DNA of 64,000 nucleotides from Candidatus Latescibacterota bacterium (GCA_963662665.2 CAXXJS010000016.1:66725-130724), one strand, 5' to 3'; counted from the first letter of the stretch, positions 10,840 through 22,832 are shown. The notes: generated from the sequence alone by a model not told the origin. Translations and numbers: made by a program.

Positions 10840-11523
10840 TTAGAGGCCGCTCTCACGGGCAAGCGCCACCACGCGGGCGACCTGTTCATCGATACTCAGG
10901 CCGGTGGTATCCACCGTTATGGCATCCGGGGCCGGCCACGGTCCAAAACGCCGTTGAGTGGCCATGTCACGTGCGTCGCGCTCGCGAATCTGAGCGACTA
11001 ACTCACCCAGATGCGTCTTGACGCCTCGATCGCGCAAGGCCCGTTGTTGGCGCCGCGCCCGCTCAGCGACATCCGCAACGAGAAACACTTTCAGGTCCGC
11101 GCCGGGAAAAATCGCCGTTCCCGTATCCCTGCCTTCAAGCACGATACCTCCGTCGGCGGCCATCTCCTGCTGGCGCGCCACCAGGGTCTCTCGAACCGCG
11201 GTATGCACGGCAACCCGGGAGGCGGCATCGGCAACTTCCGGTGTACGGATCATGCCGGTCACGTCCTCCTCGTCGATCAGAACCCGCTGGCCGCCGTCCT
11301 CCAGCCGAAAGTTGAATGTCGAAGCGTCGGCCGTGTCGGACGACGCGGCCGCGTCGTCCGGGCTGGTACCCTTACGAATCAGGGTCAAACCCAGTGCGCG
11401 GTACATGGCGCCGGTATCCAGATAAAGATATCCCAGCCTGTTGGCGACGCCATGTGCCGTTGTACTTTTTCCCGACCCCGCGGGACCGTCGATGGCAATT
11501 ATAATACCCCTTTTACCCATCAC
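10840..11523 (-). CDS. cmk: cytidylate kinase
   Basis: IAIDGPAGSGKST, DTGAMYRA, EGRDTG. Confidence 0.93.
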   Translation of the reverse strand: MMGKRGIIIAIDGPAGSGKSTTAHGVANRLGYLYLDTGAMYRALGLTLIRKGTSPDDAAASSDTADASTFNFRLEDGGQRVLIDEEDVTGMIRTPEVADAASRVAVHTAVRETLVARQQEMAADGGIVLEGRDTGTAIFPGADLKVFLVADVAERARRQQRALRDRGVKTHLGELVAQIRERDARDMATQRRFGPWPAPDAITVDTTGLSIDEQVARVVALARESGL

Positions 11524-11541
11524 AACCCTCGGCCTCGATTG

Positions 11542-12291
11542 CTACGGAGTCGTTCTCCCCCCATCCGCGCCGACCCGTCGTTCATCCGGCTTTCCGCCCG
11601 CCCCGCGGGAATCGGAGGCCGTTCCGGAATCGTCTTCGGAGCCGGCGCCGGGATTCCCCGCTTCCCCTTCCGGACGGGCTATGGCTTCCGGGAGGCCGCC
11701 TGGAGCAGACGCCGCGGCTGCTTTGTCGGCCAGTAACTCATCCAATTCCCTGACCTTTGGCAGATCCGACAACGTCTTCAGTCCGAAGTGCTTCAAGAAG
11801 TCCCGCGTCGTTCCGTAAAGCAGCGGCCTACCAGGGGCTTCCGACCGGCCTGCGATGCGGATCAATCCCTTCTCGAGCAGGTGCCGCAACACCCCGTCTA
11901 CAGACACCCCGCGTATGTGTTCCACCTCGGCCTTCATTACCGGCTGCTTGAATACGATGATGGCCAGCGTTTCCAGGGCTGCCGACGACAGGCGGACGGG
12001 CGCCTTGTCTTTCAGAAGACGCCGTATCCATGCTCCGTATTCCGAATGCACCAGGAACTGGAATCCGCCGGCGATTTCCGAGATTTTGAAGCTGCGCCCG
12101 GTCCTGCCGTATTGCTCGTTCAGATCTTCCACGTACGCACGCACGTCTCCTGGCCGCACACCATCCAGTATAGAAGCAATCTGGCTGGCGCCCAGCGGTC
12201 TGTCCGACGCCATCAATAACGCCTCGAGAATTCCCTGATTGCGCGCGTCTTCATCCGACGCGACCGCGTCTGTGCCATACGATTCGCGCAT
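11542..12291 (-). CDS. scpB: SMC-Scp complex subunit ScpB
   Basis: LSSAALETLAII, IRGV, PGRPLLYGTT..FL.HFGL..L.DLP. Confidence 0.95.
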   Translation of the reverse strand: MRESYGTDAVASDEDARNQGILEALLMASDRPLGASQIASILDGVRPGDVRAYVEDLNEQYGRTGRSFKISEIAGGFQFLVHSEYGAWIRRLLKDKAPVRLSSAALETLAIIVFKQPVMKAEVEHIRGVSVDGVLRHLLEKGLIRIAGRSEAPGRPLLYGTTRDFLKHFGLKTLSDLPKVRELDELLADKAAAASAPGGLPEAIARPEGEAGNPGAGSEDDSGTASDSRGAGGKPDERRVGADGGRTTP

Positions 12292-12375
12292 AGAAAGGAT
12301 ACAAGATCGGATTGAATTGCGGATCTCCGGAAGCAGCTTCGGGCTCGAGACGCCCGGCGAAAGGAGGTATCGGGC

Positions 12376-13179
12376 CTAACGTTCGGACGCCGGTTCCAAT
12401 CCAGGCCCTGTTTCATCCTCATCACTTCCGTAAACCCAGATTTCGCCTACCGAATCGCTCTGTCTGGCAACGGCCCGCCCGGCCTTGATCAGTTCAAGCA
12501 GGGCGATGAAAGTAACAATGAGGACGATTCGGGGCAGACCGGAAACCAGATCCGAGAACTGGACTCGACGCCTCTGTTCCAGTATGTCAAGTACGGCCTC
12601 CATTCGTTCTTCGGTTGTCACTTCCAGCTGATGCACGTCGTGGTAATCCGCGTCAGGCGCAGCAATGAGGGCCGTTTTGAACGACGCCATCAGATCGAAC
12701 AGACTCACCGAGCCATAGGTTGCCAACCGGTCCTGAACGACATCGTCGGTTTCTCCGGTATCCAGAGCGGCGCCCCGGTAAAATGAATCCCGATGTAACT
12801 CCTGTCTGTCTTCGAGCCAGTCGGCCACTTCCTTGAACTGCTGGTATTCCAGCAGACGCCGAACCAGTTCTTCCCGTGGATCCTCTTCATCCTCGTCTGC
12901 ATCAGGATCTGAGGGAAGCAACATGCGAGACTTGATCTTCATCAGGGTGGCCGCCATAACCAGAAAATCCCCGGCCGGCTCCAGATTGAGCGTCTGCATC
13001 ATTTCGACAAACTCCAGAAACTGCCGTGTGACGTCGGCGATGGGGATATCGTAAACGTCTATCTCGTCCTTGCGAATCAGAAAAAGCAGCAGATCCAGCG
13101 GTCCCTCGAAGACATCCAGCTTCACCCCGTAGGCGTCGCCCCCGCCGTTTCCCTGAAATACATGCGATTCAGCACGCAT
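12376..13179 (-). CDS. scpA: segregation and condensation protein A
   Basis: FEGPLDLLLFLI, FLVMAATLMKIKSRMLLP, TFIALLEL. Confidence 0.95.
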   Translation of the reverse strand: MRAESHVFQGNGGGDAYGVKLDVFEGPLDLLLFLIRKDEIDVYDIPIADVTRQFLEFVEMMQTLNLEPAGDFLVMAATLMKIKSRMLLPSDPDADEDEEDPREELVRRLLEYQQFKEVADWLEDRQELHRDSFYRGAALDTGETDDVVQDRLATYGSVSLFDLMASFKTALIAAPDADYHDVHQLEVTTEERMEAVLDILEQRRRVQFSDLVSGLPRIVLIVTFIALLELIKAGRAVARQSDSVGEIWVYGSDEDETGPGLEPASER

Positions 13180-13261
13180 CCGAACACGCTCCCCTGTCGG
13201 TCTGACCGGTCTCCGTACGGTTCGATTTCCAATTTTCCGGCTCGGTTTTCTGTCCCGCGCT

Positions 13262-13771
13262 TCAATCCATAAACAGATACGGCCGCCACCGCCGGTCCGG
13301 CACGCCGATCAGCTGGCTGATGGAGGTGACCGTGCTGGGCCTGCGAGGTCGGCGCAACAGATTGATGCCTGCCTGTTCCGGCGTCTGATTGCCCTTGAGG
13401 TTATTGCAGGGCAGACATGCGCACACCAGATTCTCCCAGGTGTCCCTTCCATTTCCGGTACGGGGAACCACATGGTCCACTGTCATCGGACCCTTCCGGG
13501 TACCACAATACTGGCACCGGTGTCCATCACGTTTCAGGACGTTTTTCTTTGAGAGTGCGAGTTGTTTGGGGGCCACGCGAACGTATAGCCCGAGACGTAC
13601 GACACTGGGAACCGGAAACCGCTCTGAAACCGTTCGCACATACAGATCCAGCGCCTCAATGACCTCTGCCCGCCCGCGAAACACGAGAACAATAGCCCGC
13701 CGTACGCTACACACCTGAATGGGTTCGTAACTCTGGTTCAGGACCAGAACCGGCCGGTTCAGCAATGGCAT
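13262..13771 (-). CDS. HNH endonuclease (McrA-like)
   Basis: VLVLNQSYEP, RD..RCQYCG, TVDHVVPR, WENLVCAC..CN..KG. Confidence 0.92.
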   Translation of the reverse strand: MPLLNRPVLVLNQSYEPIQVCSVRRAIVLVFRGRAEVIEALDLYVRTVSERFPVPSVVRLGLYVRVAPKQLALSKKNVLKRDGHRCQYCGTRKGPMTVDHVVPRTGNGRDTWENLVCACLPCNNLKGNQTPEQAGINLLRRPRRPSTVTSISQLIGVPDRRWRPYLFMD

Positions 13772-13895
13772 ACACCCCCTTTTACAACGGCCCGGGGCGA
13801 AGAAATCGAACGCGGCTGAATCCCTGCGCCTGCGCTGCAGATGTTCCGGCCCGTTACCGCCAACAGACCGGCTGTGCGCACCTGATTTTACCTAA

Positions 13896-14054
13896 CAGCC
13901 CGTTGAAAAAGTCCATCCGGGCTACGTCCGGCCCTTGTGGCCGAATTACTGCGTTGCACTCCCTCCCCGAATCCCCGATTCGACGCGGTCGCGCGCCTTG
14001 CCTTCGGTCACAATGGCTCGGCCTCGCCTGCAGAGCGACTTTTTCAACGGACTG
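13896..14054. mobile_element. MITE-like element with 18-bp terminal inverted repeats
   Basis: Left CAGCCCGTTGAAAAAGTC, right GACTTTTTCAACGGACTG (17/18 complementary); no credible ORF; related copy at 41374-41566. Confidence 0.7.
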
Positions 14055-14221
14055 CTGAAAAAATAAAGCCTCTATGAAACCATGTCAAGCGCGTACCACG
14101 CGCCGGCAATGAAAAACGGCAGGGTGGGGCCTCCCCGGTTCGGCGACCCATGGAGCGACCGTGAATATTCGGGTCATTGAGCCGCGGCCGATGATCGATC
14201 GACGCGTTGAGCGGGTTGCTA

Positions 14222-14605
14222 TCACTCTTCAATAAGTTCGCCGTAGGCCTGCGGGCTGAGAAGCGATTCGATTTCGTCGCCGCTGGTCAATCGTACCACG
14301 ATCATCCAGCCCTCACCGTATGGATCAGAGTTGATCAGAGCCGCATCCTCGCCAAGTTCCTCGTGAACCTCGAGCACTTCGCCCGAGACGGGTGCGAAGA
14401 GTTCCTCAACGGTCTTCACCGCCTCGATCGTCCCGAATGCCTCGCCCTGCTCGATCTGATCTCCCGGTTCCGGCAATTCGGCAAAGACGATATCGCCCAA
14501 CTCGCCCTGTGCGTAGTCTGTGATACCAATCGTGCCTCGTTCGCCCTCGATACGAATCCACTCGTGCTCTGCAGTGTACATGAGGCCTACCGGAATCTCC
14601 GACAT
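14222..14605 (-). CDS. gcvH: glycine cleavage system H protein
   Basis: HEW, GITDYAQGELGDIVF, lipoyl-Lys IEAVKT, NSDPYGEGW; start re-assigned to 14605. Confidence 0.96.
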   Translation of the reverse strand: MSEIPVGLMYTAEHEWIRIEGERGTIGITDYAQGELGDIVFAELPEPGDQIEQGEAFGTIEAVKTVEELFAPVSGEVLEVHEELGEDAALINSDPYGEGWMIVVRLTSGDEIESLLSPQAYGELIEE

Positions 14606-14706
14606 GATTGATGACTCCCGATTATAAAGAAAACCGATCTGTTGCGCCCGGGGGCGCTCGCCGACCCCACAGCTGTTACCGGAACGGTCAGGTGTCCGCC
14701 CGAATC

Positions 14707-16065
14707 TCAACCTCCATAACCTAATTTGACCACGAATTCCGTGTCGATTCGGCCAATTTGAAAATCAGAATGCCGCATTGCATCCAGATGAAATGGAATT
14801 GTTGTAGGGATTCCCTCGATCACGAATTCCTCGAGCGCTCGGACCATGCGCGCGGTTGCTTCCTCACGGGTGTCTCCGTACGCCAGCAGCTTGGCAAGTA
14901 GCGAATCGTAGTGTGAGGGGACGCGATAGCCGGCATATGCGTGTGAATCGATCCTGATGCCCGGTCCGCCCGGCGCATGAAACGTGCTGATTTCTCCCGC
15001 GGACGGCCGGAAGTTGTGATCGGGATCCTCAGCGTTAATGCGGCATTCGATGGCATGCCCCGAGGAATGTACGTCTTCCTGCGCAAACGGAAGCGGCTCT
15101 CCGGCCGCCACCCGAATCTGCGTCTTTACCAGATCGATTCCCGTCACCATCTCCGTGACCGGGTGTTCGACCTGAATGCGGGTATTCATTTCCAGAAAAT
15201 AGAAGCTGCCCGAAGCATCGAGCAGGAACTCCACGGTTCCGGCGCCTGAATAACCCACCGCCCTTGCCCCCGCAACGGCTTCTTTTCCCATCCGCGCGCG
15301 CAGGTCCTCGTCGACCACGGGCGAAGGAGACTCCTCGATCAGCTTCTGATGACGCCGCTGGATGGAACACTCGCGTTCACCCAGGTGGACGATGTTGCCG
15401 GCGTTGTCGCCCATAACCTGGATTTCCACGTGTCGTGGCGCCACGACTTCCTTCTCCATATAAAGCGTGCCCGACGTAAACGCGGCGGACGCCTCGGCCT
15501 GCGCCGCGTTCCAGGACCGCTCGAGGTCCTCCGCCTGGCTCACGGTGCGCATGCCCCTCCCGCCACCACCGGCAACCGCTTTCAGGCGAATCGGGTAACC
15601 GATCTCTTCGGCGGCCCGCTCCGCCTCATCGAGTGCGTGCAATACTCCGGTCCCGGGTGTTACCGGCACGTTTGCGGCCAGCATTGTCTCCCGCGCGACG
15701 GCTTTGTCTCCCATCCTGCGAATGGCCTCCGGCGACGGCCCGATGAACGCAATTCCGCACGAAGCGCACATTTCGGCAAAATCCGCGTTCTCTGCCAACG
15801 GACCGTACCCGGGGTGAATCGCATCGGCGTTGGTCACTTCCGCGGCGCTCAGAATTCGCGGGATGTTCCGGTAGCTCTGGTCTCCGGGAGGCGGCCCGAT
15901 GCAGACATCCTCGTCGGCAACGCCGATGTGCAGTGAATTGGCGTCGGCCTCGGAATGCACCGCGACTGTCCCGATACCAAGTTCCTTGCATGCCCGGATG
16001 ACACGCACGGCGATTTCGCCCCGGTCGGCAATAAGGATTTTATCGAATAAGGGAATGGATGACAC
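14707..16065 (-). CDS. accC: acetyl-CoA carboxylase biotin carboxylase subunit
   Basis: [43 protein letters not shown]. Confidence 0.96.
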   Translation of the reverse strand: MSSIPLFDKILIADRGEIAVRVIRACKELGIGTVAVHSEADANSLHIGVADEDVCIGPPPGDQSYRNIPRILSAAEVTNADAIHPGYGPLAENADFAEMCASCGIAFIGPSPEAIRRMGDKAVARETMLAANVPVTPGTGVLHALDEAERAAEEIGYPIRLKAVAGGGGRGMRTVSQAEDLERSWNAAQAEASAAFTSGTLYMEKEVVAPRHVEIQVMGDNAGNIVHLGERECSIQRRHQKLIEESPSPVVDEDLRARMGKEAVAGARAVGYSGAGTVEFLLDASGSFYFLEMNTRIQVEHPVTEMVTGIDLVKTQIRVAAGEPLPFAQEDVHSSGHAIECRINAEDPDHNFRPSAGEISTFHAPGGPGIRIDSHAYAGYRVPSHYDSLLAKLLAYGDTREEATARMVRALEEFVIEGIPTTIPFHLDAMRHSDFQIGRIDTEFVVKLGYGG

Positions 16066-16118
16066 GACTGATTGGGTGGGACGGCGGCAGGGGCCGCCGC
16101 ATCGATGAAAGAAGCGCC

Positions 16119-16592
16119 TTACAGCGGTTCGATGAGGAAAAGGGGTGTATTGTACTCCACGGGATTGCCATTCTCAACCAGGACCCGGACCACCCGGCCC
16201 TTCGCATCCGCTTCGATTTCGTTCATGATTTTCATGGCTTCGATGATGCAGAGGGTCTGTCCGACCGACACGACGTCCCCCTCCTCTGCAAAGGGCGGCG
16301 ATTCCGGGTTCGGCGCACGATAAAACATGCCTACCATAGGCGAACAGATACTGTGCAGGCCTTCAGTCTCGTCCGGCTCCGCGGAAGCGTTCGCTTCGTC
16401 GGGTTCGGCCGGCTGCGAAGCGGCGTGAACCTGAGCGACAGGTTGAATCGCGGTTGCATCGATGCCGGCGGCGATGCGTATTTTTCGAAGCCCCAGAATG
16501 CCGCGTTCGATTTCAATCTCCCGAACCTTGTCTTCGCCGACCAGCTCGATCAACCGCTGAAGGGTCTCCATTATATTCTTGGAGAGTCTCAC
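16119..16592 (-). CDS. accB: biotin carboxyl carrier protein
   Basis: [22 protein letters not shown]; GTG start at 16592 after GAAGGAG. Confidence 0.95.
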   Translation of the reverse strand: MRLSKNIMETLQRLIELVGEDKVREIEIERGILGLRKIRIAAGIDATAIQPVAQVHAASQPAEPDEANASAEPDETEGLHSICSPMVGMFYRAPNPESPPFAEEGDVVSVGQTLCIIEAMKIMNEIEADAKGRVVRVLVENGNPVEYNTPLFLIEPL

Positions 16593-16683
16593 GCGCGCTC
16601 CTTCGAAAAAGCAACAACCGGCAGTAAAGGATCGGGGGCCGCTGGACGAAGTGCCGCCCATCCCGATTCCCTGTGTTTCCGTA

Positions 16684-17241
16684 TCAGACTCGCTCTACGT
16701 ACGTTTCAGTTCGGGTATCTATTTTCAAAACGTCGCCCCGCTCCACAAAAAGGGGCACCTGGACCGAAGCTCCCGTCTCCAGCACGGCCGGTTTGCTTCC
16801 CCCGCTGGCGGTGTCTCCCCGCAACCCGGGGTCCGTTTCCGTGACCGCCAGTTCGACAAAAATCGGCAGTGCTACGCTCACGGCATTTTGCTCAGCGACC
16901 AGGATTTCCAGGATCTCGTTCTCTTTCAGATATTTGACCGCGTTTCCCATCACCTCGGGAGACAGTTCATACTGATCGTAGGTCTCGTTATCCATAAAAC
17001 AGTATAGATCGCCGGACTTGTAGAGAAATTGCATCTTTCGCCGTTCCAGCCGAACATCGTCCACCTTGTCGCCGGAACGGAACGTCCTGTCAATCATTGC
17101 GCCGGTCTTCACACTCTTGAGCCGCGTGCGCACGACGGCCGCGCCCTTGCCGGGTTTAAAGTGTTCGAATTCAACCATGAAATAGAGATCGCCGTCCAGG
17201 CGCAAGACCATACCATTTCTGAACTCAGACGTTGAGACCAT
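16684..17241 (-). CDS. efp: elongation factor P
   Basis: KPGKGAA, PGLRGDTA, VQVPLF, DTRT..YVER. Confidence 0.97.
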   Translation of the reverse strand: MVSTSEFRNGMVLRLDGDLYFMVEFEHFKPGKGAAVVRTRLKSVKTGAMIDRTFRSGDKVDDVRLERRKMQFLYKSGDLYCFMDNETYDQYELSPEVMGNAVKYLKENEILEILVAEQNAVSVALPIFVELAVTETDPGLRGDTASGGSKPAVLETGASVQVPLFVERGDVLKIDTRTETYVERV

Positions 17242-17250
17242 ATTTCCGAA

Positions 17251-18006
17251 TTACCCTCCCGCGCACGTTCCGTCCATCTGCCTAAGTTCCTTCATTCGTT
17301 TCTTAATCTGTTCGTTTTCAGGTTCACGCTCGCAGACTTGCGCCAGAACAACTATCGCTTCTTCTATCAGCCCTTGCGCAACGTACAGCTCGGCAAGGGT
17401 CGGGGTTGCAATTGGCGCGATTCCAGCATCGGACTCGGAAGCCGCGGCCGCATCCTTACCCGGTCCGCGTTGGTTCGGAAGATCCGGCAACGGGAGGGAC
17501 AAATTCCCGCCTGCCGTCCGGGAATCGTTATTCGCCACGGTTTCATCTGACGCCAGGAGGCCCGGCCCGTCGGCGGACCCGGAATCGGTCCCCGGTTCTT
17601 CTTCCGTCTGAACGACGGCACCGATCTCCGAAACCAGCACGCGGCTTAACGGATCGAACGCTAGGGCGCAATGGAAAAACCGAAGCGCCCGTTCCTCGAA
17701 GCCCATCCCTCTTTCGATCCTGCCGAGCAGCCAGCAGGCAGCCGGATTGTCCTGGTCCAGCGCGAGCGTGTCGTGAAATGCCTGGCGGGCTTCTTCAAAC
17801 CGACCGGCCGCCATGTGGCATCTGCCCATGACAAGATGGCCGGTTGGATAAAACGGGCGGTATCTGAGACCCTTCCGGCAGACCTCCGTTGCCCGGTCCA
17901 CGTTGCCCGATTTCAGCATCTCATCGGCGAGGCGCGCAAACAGGATAGACGCGGGATTCTTGCCGCAGATTCTCTCGAGCCTTGCAAGAGATGTGGCCGT
18001 CATCAT
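17251..18006 (-). CDS. tetratricopeptide repeat protein
   Basis: N-terminal TPRs (FARLAD, GHLVMGRC) and C-terminal ATPTLAELYVAQG motif; start uncertain (18006 or 18054). Confidence 0.8.
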   Translation of the reverse strand: MMTATSLARLERICGKNPASILFARLADEMLKSGNVDRATEVCRKGLRYRPFYPTGHLVMGRCHMAAGRFEEARQAFHDTLALDQDNPAACWLLGRIERGMGFEERALRFFHCALAFDPLSRVLVSEIGAVVQTEEEPGTDSGSADGPGLLASDETVANNDSRTAGGNLSLPLPDLPNQRGPGKDAAAASESDAGIAPIATPTLAELYVAQGLIEEAIVVLAQVCEREPENEQIKKRMKELRQMDGTCAGG

Positions 18007-18019
18007 CTCACCAATCCGT

Positions 18020-18165
18020 TCAGTGTCCCGACCCGGGAGGTTGTTTCCGTTCATCCGCGGATTGATCCCGTCTCAAGGCGTTCGGCCTACCCTGCCCGCG
18101 TTCCCGCGTTGCGGGTACCGGTTCCCGAGCCAGTCGAAGGCGCAGTCCTGAGCCTGCCGAAGGGA
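18020..18165. repeat. dispersed repeat plus two REP-like units
   Basis: TCAGTGTCCCGnCCCG.GA..TTGT.TCCGTTCATCC recurs at 41408; CyGAGC..GyCGAAGG units at ~18125 and ~18148 match 41496 and, inverted, 49307. Confidence 0.6.
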
Positions 18166-18236
18166 TTGCGACCGGGCACCTCCGCGGCCGAATTTCGCCA
18201 ACAATGATTCCTGGACAGTACACTGAACCGGATGGA

Positions 18237-18265
18237 AGTATAGGAAAAAGCCCAAAGATTGTCAA
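18237..18265 (-). promoter_or_regulatory. sigma70-type promoter for TPR-efp-accB-accC-gcvH
   Basis: Minus strand TTGACA, 17 nt, TATACT. Confidence 0.75.
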
Positions 18266-18431
18266 GGCCGCCACAAAGCGCTCGTGCGCCGCATTCGGCT
18301 ACAATCCGTTTCGATTCGACGACGGACAGCCAGGTCGGAATTTCCCTGGAATTGCCTTGTGCGACATTGGGTGATTTGCTATATTCCTTTGCCGTTTCAG
18401 GCTCCTGCCCAGTTGGCTCCGGAAGGCGTTT

Positions 18432-18953
18432 ATGGAACTTATCAAGCTATTCATATCTTTCACAAAGGTCGGTGTTTTCGCGTACGGGGGCGGGCCATCC
18501 ATGATCCCGCTCGTCCAGGAGGAGGTTGTCGACGTACACGGCTGGATGACCATTGAGGAGTTTACAGACGCCCTCGCTATGGGATATGCACTTCCAGGTC
18601 CTATTGCCACAAAAATGGCCGCCTACATCGGTTACCAGGTCGCACAGACCCCCGGTCTGATCGTGGCCCTCCTGGGGACGGTCTTCCCCTCTCTCATCCT
18701 GATGATGATTCTGGGACTGTTCTTCATGGCGTATAAGGGCGCTGCGGCAGTCCAGGCGATGCTCAAAGCCGTCCGGCCGGCGGTTGTGGGCCTCCTTCTC
18801 GTGGTGGTCTGGCAAATGGCGCCCAAGTCGGTGAATTCCTGGCACACGGGCCTGATAGCCCTGGCGGCTTTTGTCGCCATCCATTTCCTGAACCTCCATC
18901 CCGCCGTCGCTATTGTCGGCACGGCGCTTCTAGGCCTGGCAATCTACCGCTGA
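18432..18953 (+). CDS. short-chain chromate transporter (CHR family)
   Basis: F.KVG.FAYGGG, W...EEF...A.G..LPGP, P...L motifs; hydrophobic. Confidence 0.85.
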   Translation: MELIKLFISFTKVGVFAYGGGPSMIPLVQEEVVDVHGWMTIEEFTDALAMGYALPGPIATKMAAYIGYQVAQTPGLIVALLGTVFPSLILMMILGLFFMAYKGAAAVQAMLKAVRPAVVGLLLVVVWQMAPKSVNSWHTGLIALAAFVAIHFLNLHPAVAIVGTALLGLAIYR

Positions 18954-18969
18954 CGGAGTCTGAATTCAA

Positions 18970-19983
18970 ATGAACGACTACTCGGTCCTTGAACGCAAAG
19001 CGCTGCAAAACAAACCATTGACACAACCGGAAATGATGGCGGTGCTCAATACGCCAAACGAAGACCTGCTCCGGTTGATCCACGCGGCATACAGGGTCCG
19101 ACACCGTTATTTCGGAAACAAAGTGCGCCTGCACGTGTTACAGAACGCCAAGAGCGGACTGTGTCCGGAAGACTGCGCCTACTGTTCCCAGTCATCAGTG
19201 TCGACCGCGGACATAAGCAAATATGCTCTGTTGCCGCGAGAACGAATCCTCGACGGCGCCAGAAAGGCCAAGGCGGGGAGGGCCCACCGCTATTGCATCG
19301 TTACCAGCGGAAGAGGAGCCACCGACAGAGAGGTGGAAACTGTTGCCGACATCGTGCGGGAAGTCAAACGGACCGTCGATATCGACATCTGCTGCTGTAT
19401 GGGACTTCTGGACGAAACACAGGCCAGAACATTAAAGGCAGCCGGTGTCGACAGGATCAACCACAACCTGAATACCAGTGCCCGTCACCATCCCAGGATC
19501 TGTTCCACCCACACCTATACGGACCGGCTGAAAACGCTTAAGGCGGTCAAGGCCGCCGGTCTGGAGACCTGTTGCGGGGGAATCATCGGGATGGGAGAGT
19601 CCCGTCAGGACATCGTCGATCTGGCGATGGCCGTCCGGGAACTGAACATAGACTCGATCCCTGTCAACTTTCTCCACCCCATAGAAGGCACACCCCTCGC
19701 AGGCCGCGAACCGATGACGCCGCAGGATGGCCTCAAGGCCCTCTGCCTGTTCCGCTTTGTCAACCCGAACAAGGAAATCCGGATTGCCGGCGGCCGGGAA
19801 CACACGCTCCGGTCCCTCCAGAGTCTGGCCCTCTATCCGGCGAACTCGGTCTTCATGGAAGGCTATCTGACCACCGCGGGACAGTCCACTTCGGAAACAC
19901 ATCGTCTGATCGAGGATATGGGATTCGAAGTCGAGGAGAAGCGGACGACGCAGAACAGTTCAAATGTGCTGGTTTGCGATTGA
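18970..19983 (+). CDS. bioB: biotin synthase
   Basis: [47 protein letters not shown]. Confidence 0.96.
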   Translation: MNDYSVLERKALQNKPLTQPEMMAVLNTPNEDLLRLIHAAYRVRHRYFGNKVRLHVLQNAKSGLCPEDCAYCSQSSVSTADISKYALLPRERILDGARKAKAGRAHRYCIVTSGRGATDREVETVADIVREVKRTVDIDICCCMGLLDETQARTLKAAGVDRINHNLNTSARHHPRICSTHTYTDRLKTLKAVKAAGLETCCGGIIGMGESRQDIVDLAMAVRELNIDSIPVNFLHPIEGTPLAGREPMTPQDGLKALCLFRFVNPNKEIRIAGGREHTLRSLQSLALYPANSVFMEGYLTTAGQSTSETHRLIEDMGFEVEEKRTTQNSSNVLVCD

Positions 19984-20012
19984 AATTGCACGCGCGTCAC
20001 GGACCTGAAGTT

Positions 20013-21893
20013 ATGTGGACCTACGATACATACTACGATATTATCGTTGTGGGCGCCGGGCACGCAGGAGCCGAAGCCGCCCTGGCAGGCGCCCGCATGG
20101 GGTGCAAAACGCTCCTGCTGACGATGAATCTGGACACGGTCGCCCAGATGTCCTGCAATCCCGCCGTCGGAGGTGTTGCCAAAGGCCATATGGTGCGCGA
20201 AATCGATGCGTTGGGCGGCGAAATGGCGCAGAACATCGATGCAACGGGACTGCAGTTCCGCCTCCTCAACCGCAGCAAGGGGCCGGCAGTACAGGCCCCG
20301 CGGGCACAAGCGGACAAGAAGGCATATCAATTTCGTATGAAATACGTCGTGGAAAGCCAGCCGAACCTGGATCTCAAACAGGGGCTGATCGAAGACCTGC
20401 TGGTCGAGGACGGGCGAATCGGGGGAATCGTCACCCGGTCCCATACGGTCTTCCTGGGTCAGACGGTAATTCTGACCACCGGCACTTTTCTCAGGGGCCT
20501 CATCCACGTGGGCGACCGGTCTTTCAGCGCCGGGCGCGCCGGCGAACAGTCCGCCGAACGGGCATCCGGCGGCCTGCAGCGGCTTGGGTTTGAACTGGGG
20601 AGGTTGAAGACGGGTACGCCGCCGCGGATCAATTCCCGCAGCGTCGACTACAACGCGATGGAAATCCAGCCCGGAGACGAGCGGCCGTGCCCCTTCTCCT
20701 ATCGCACCGAGACCATCGCACAGGAACAGCTTAACTGCCACATCACCTATACGACGCCGGAAACCCACGATATCATTCGCCGAAACCTGGAACGTTCGGC
20801 AATGTACAGCGGCCGCATCCAGTCCGTGGGTCCACGGTACTGCCCGTCCATAGAAGACAAGGTTGTCAGATTTGCAGACAGGCCGAAGCATCAGTTGTTT
20901 GTAGAGCCCGAAGGCTACGATACATTCGAAGTCTACCTCAACGGTCTGTCAATGAGCCTGCCCGAAGACGTCCAGGTCGAGGTCGTCCGGAGCGTTCCCG
21001 GCCTTGAAAACGCCGAGATCATGCGTCCGGGTTACGCCGTTGAATACGACTATGTCCCGCCGACCCAGATCCTTCCCACCCTGGAGACCAAGCCGGTGGG
21101 CGGCCTGTTTTTCGCAGGACAAATCAACGGCACCACCGGATACGAGGAAGCGGCCGGACAGGGCCTGATGGCGGGCATCAACGCGGCACTGCAGGTCCGG
21201 AAAGAAGACGCGTTGATTCTGGACCGAGCCCAGGCGTATATCGGCGTGCTGATCGACGATCTCACAACGAAGGGCACAGAAGAACCTTACCGCATGTTTA
21301 CGGCACTGGCGGAATACCGTCTGTTGTTGCGGCACGACAACGCCGACCTGCGCCTGACCGAAACGGGTCGCAGGATCGGGCTTGTTTCAGACGGGGCCTA
21401 TGAATCCTTTCAGCGCCGGACGGCGGCGATCGCCGCCGAACAACGCCGCCTGAGAGAGGTGAAAATCAGGCCCTCAGGCCGGGTTCAGCAGTACCTTCGC
21501 ACAGCGGGCACCTCCCCGCTCGCACATTCCGCACCTCTGATCGATCTGTTACGCAGGCCCCAACTCGACTACCGATTTGTACAGGAAGTCGCGCCGCCTC
21601 CGGAACCGCTGCGTCCCGATGTATGTCAATCCGTGGAGATCGAACTCAAATACGAAGGCTATATCCGGCGCCAGGAGGCGCAAGTGGCCAGGTTTCAGGA
21701 TCTGGAAACAAGACGCCTTCCGGACAACATCAACTACATGGACCTTCCCGCCATCTCCCGCGAGGCGGCCGAGAAGCTCTCGCGGATACGCCCTCGCTCA
21801 CTGGGCCAGGCTTCACGAATACCAGGGGTTTCACCAGCGGACATCTCCGCCCTGATGGTCCTCCTGAGAGCCCGATCCCGGGGCGTGGCATGA
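20013..21893 (+). CDS. mnmG: tRNA uridine-5-carboxymethylaminomethyl(34) synthesis enzyme
   Basis: [50 protein letters not shown]; start re-assigned to ATG 20013. Confidence 0.97.
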   Translation: MWTYDTYYDIIVVGAGHAGAEAALAGARMGCKTLLLTMNLDTVAQMSCNPAVGGVAKGHMVREIDALGGEMAQNIDATGLQFRLLNRSKGPAVQAPRAQADKKAYQFRMKYVVESQPNLDLKQGLIEDLLVEDGRIGGIVTRSHTVFLGQTVILTTGTFLRGLIHVGDRSFSAGRAGEQSAERASGGLQRLGFELGRLKTGTPPRINSRSVDYNAMEIQPGDERPCPFSYRTETIAQEQLNCHITYTTPETHDIIRRNLERSAMYSGRIQSVGPRYCPSIEDKVVRFADRPKHQLFVEPEGYDTFEVYLNGLSMSLPEDVQVEVVRSVPGLENAEIMRPGYAVEYDYVPPTQILPTLETKPVGGLFFAGQINGTTGYEEAAGQGLMAGINAALQVRKEDALILDRAQAYIGVLIDDLTTKGTEEPYRMFTALAEYRLLLRHDNADLRLTETGRRIGLVSDGAYESFQRRTAAIAAEQRRLREVKIRPSGRVQQYLRTAGTSPLAHSAPLIDLLRRPQLDYRFVQEVAPPPEPLRPDVCQSVEIELKYEGYIRRQEAQVARFQDLETRRLPDNINYMDLPAISREAAEKLSRIRPRSLGQASRIPGVSPADISALMVLLRARSRGVA

Positions 21894-22750
21894 ACATCAG
21901 CGCAAAACAGATACAGGCCATTGTCTCGCTGCTGGCCGACCGCAACGCCGATATCGTGGATATCGTGCGGGGCAAGCTGTTCACAATGGGCGAGCCGGTC
22001 GTCCGGAAGATCCTGGATGCCGCGCCCGGGGGGTCGCCGGCGCAACGGGAGGCGGGCCGGATCCTGTTGTGCCTCAAGGAACCCCCGCTGGAAACGCAAT
22101 TCCGAAGACTACAGGAGAACCCTGCCGGCGACATCGACCTGGAAACGGCGTCTTTTACTTTGGCCAGGCTCGAATTTCCAACCCTCGACGTCCAACGCTA
22201 CAGAAGTCGGCTTGACAAGATGGCCGGAGACCTGGCACCCTCCATTGCACCAGACGACCATCCGCTCAGAATAATCCAGACTCTGAACCACTATCTCTTC
22301 GTCACACATGGATTCCGGGGGCAGGGAAACGACCTGATGGTTCCGGCTGCCAGCTATATGAACCAGGTTCTTGATTGCAAGAAAGGGCTGCCCATTTCGC
22401 TATCGGCGCTCTTCATTTTTCTGGGCCGCCGACTCGATCTGCCCGTTTTCGGCGTGGGGATGCCTTTTCACTTCATCGCCAAGTACAAGACGCCTGACGG
22501 CATGGAGTTCCTATTCGACCCCTATAACAAGGGCAAACTCCTGACGCCGAATGAATGCGCGGAATTTCTCTCCCGGTTCGACGTGGAGCTTGAGCCGTCC
22601 ATGCTGCGCCAATCATCCGACCGGCAGATACTCACCCGCATGATGTTCAACCTCAGCGCCGCCTACCGCAACCGGAAGAATGCGCAAAAGGTCGACACCC
22701 TCGATCGCCTGCTCAAGATCCTGCTCAAGCACTCACCTTTACAGGAGTAA
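21890..22750 (+). CDS. SirB1-like / transglutaminase-like domain protein
   Basis: LN.YLF...[34 protein letters not shown]; ATGA overlap with the mnmG stop. Confidence 0.82.
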   Translation: MNISAKQIQAIVSLLADRNADIVDIVRGKLFTMGEPVVRKILDAAPGGSPAQREAGRILLCLKEPPLETQFRRLQENPAGDIDLETASFTLARLEFPTLDVQRYRSRLDKMAGDLAPSIAPDDHPLRIIQTLNHYLFVTHGFRGQGNDLMVPAASYMNQVLDCKKGLPISLSALFIFLGRRLDLPVFGVGMPFHFIAKYKTPDGMEFLFDPYNKGKLLTPNECAEFLSRFDVELEPSMLRQSSDRQILTRMMFNLSAAYRNRKNAQKVDTLDRLLKILLKHSPLQE

Positions 22751-22832
22751 CCGGTAAATTTCGCTCCGAGAACCTTGGCAAGGGGTCTGCGCATGCCTTC
22801 CGTTTTCCCTCGTCTGTCGCCGTACTCAAGCC

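Noticed and set aside
19572-20012. N-terminal extension of MnmG overlapping bioB (similarly for selB, korB, mutS, SirB1-like)
   Set aside because: Artefact of taking the longest ORF; homology starts at a downstream start codon
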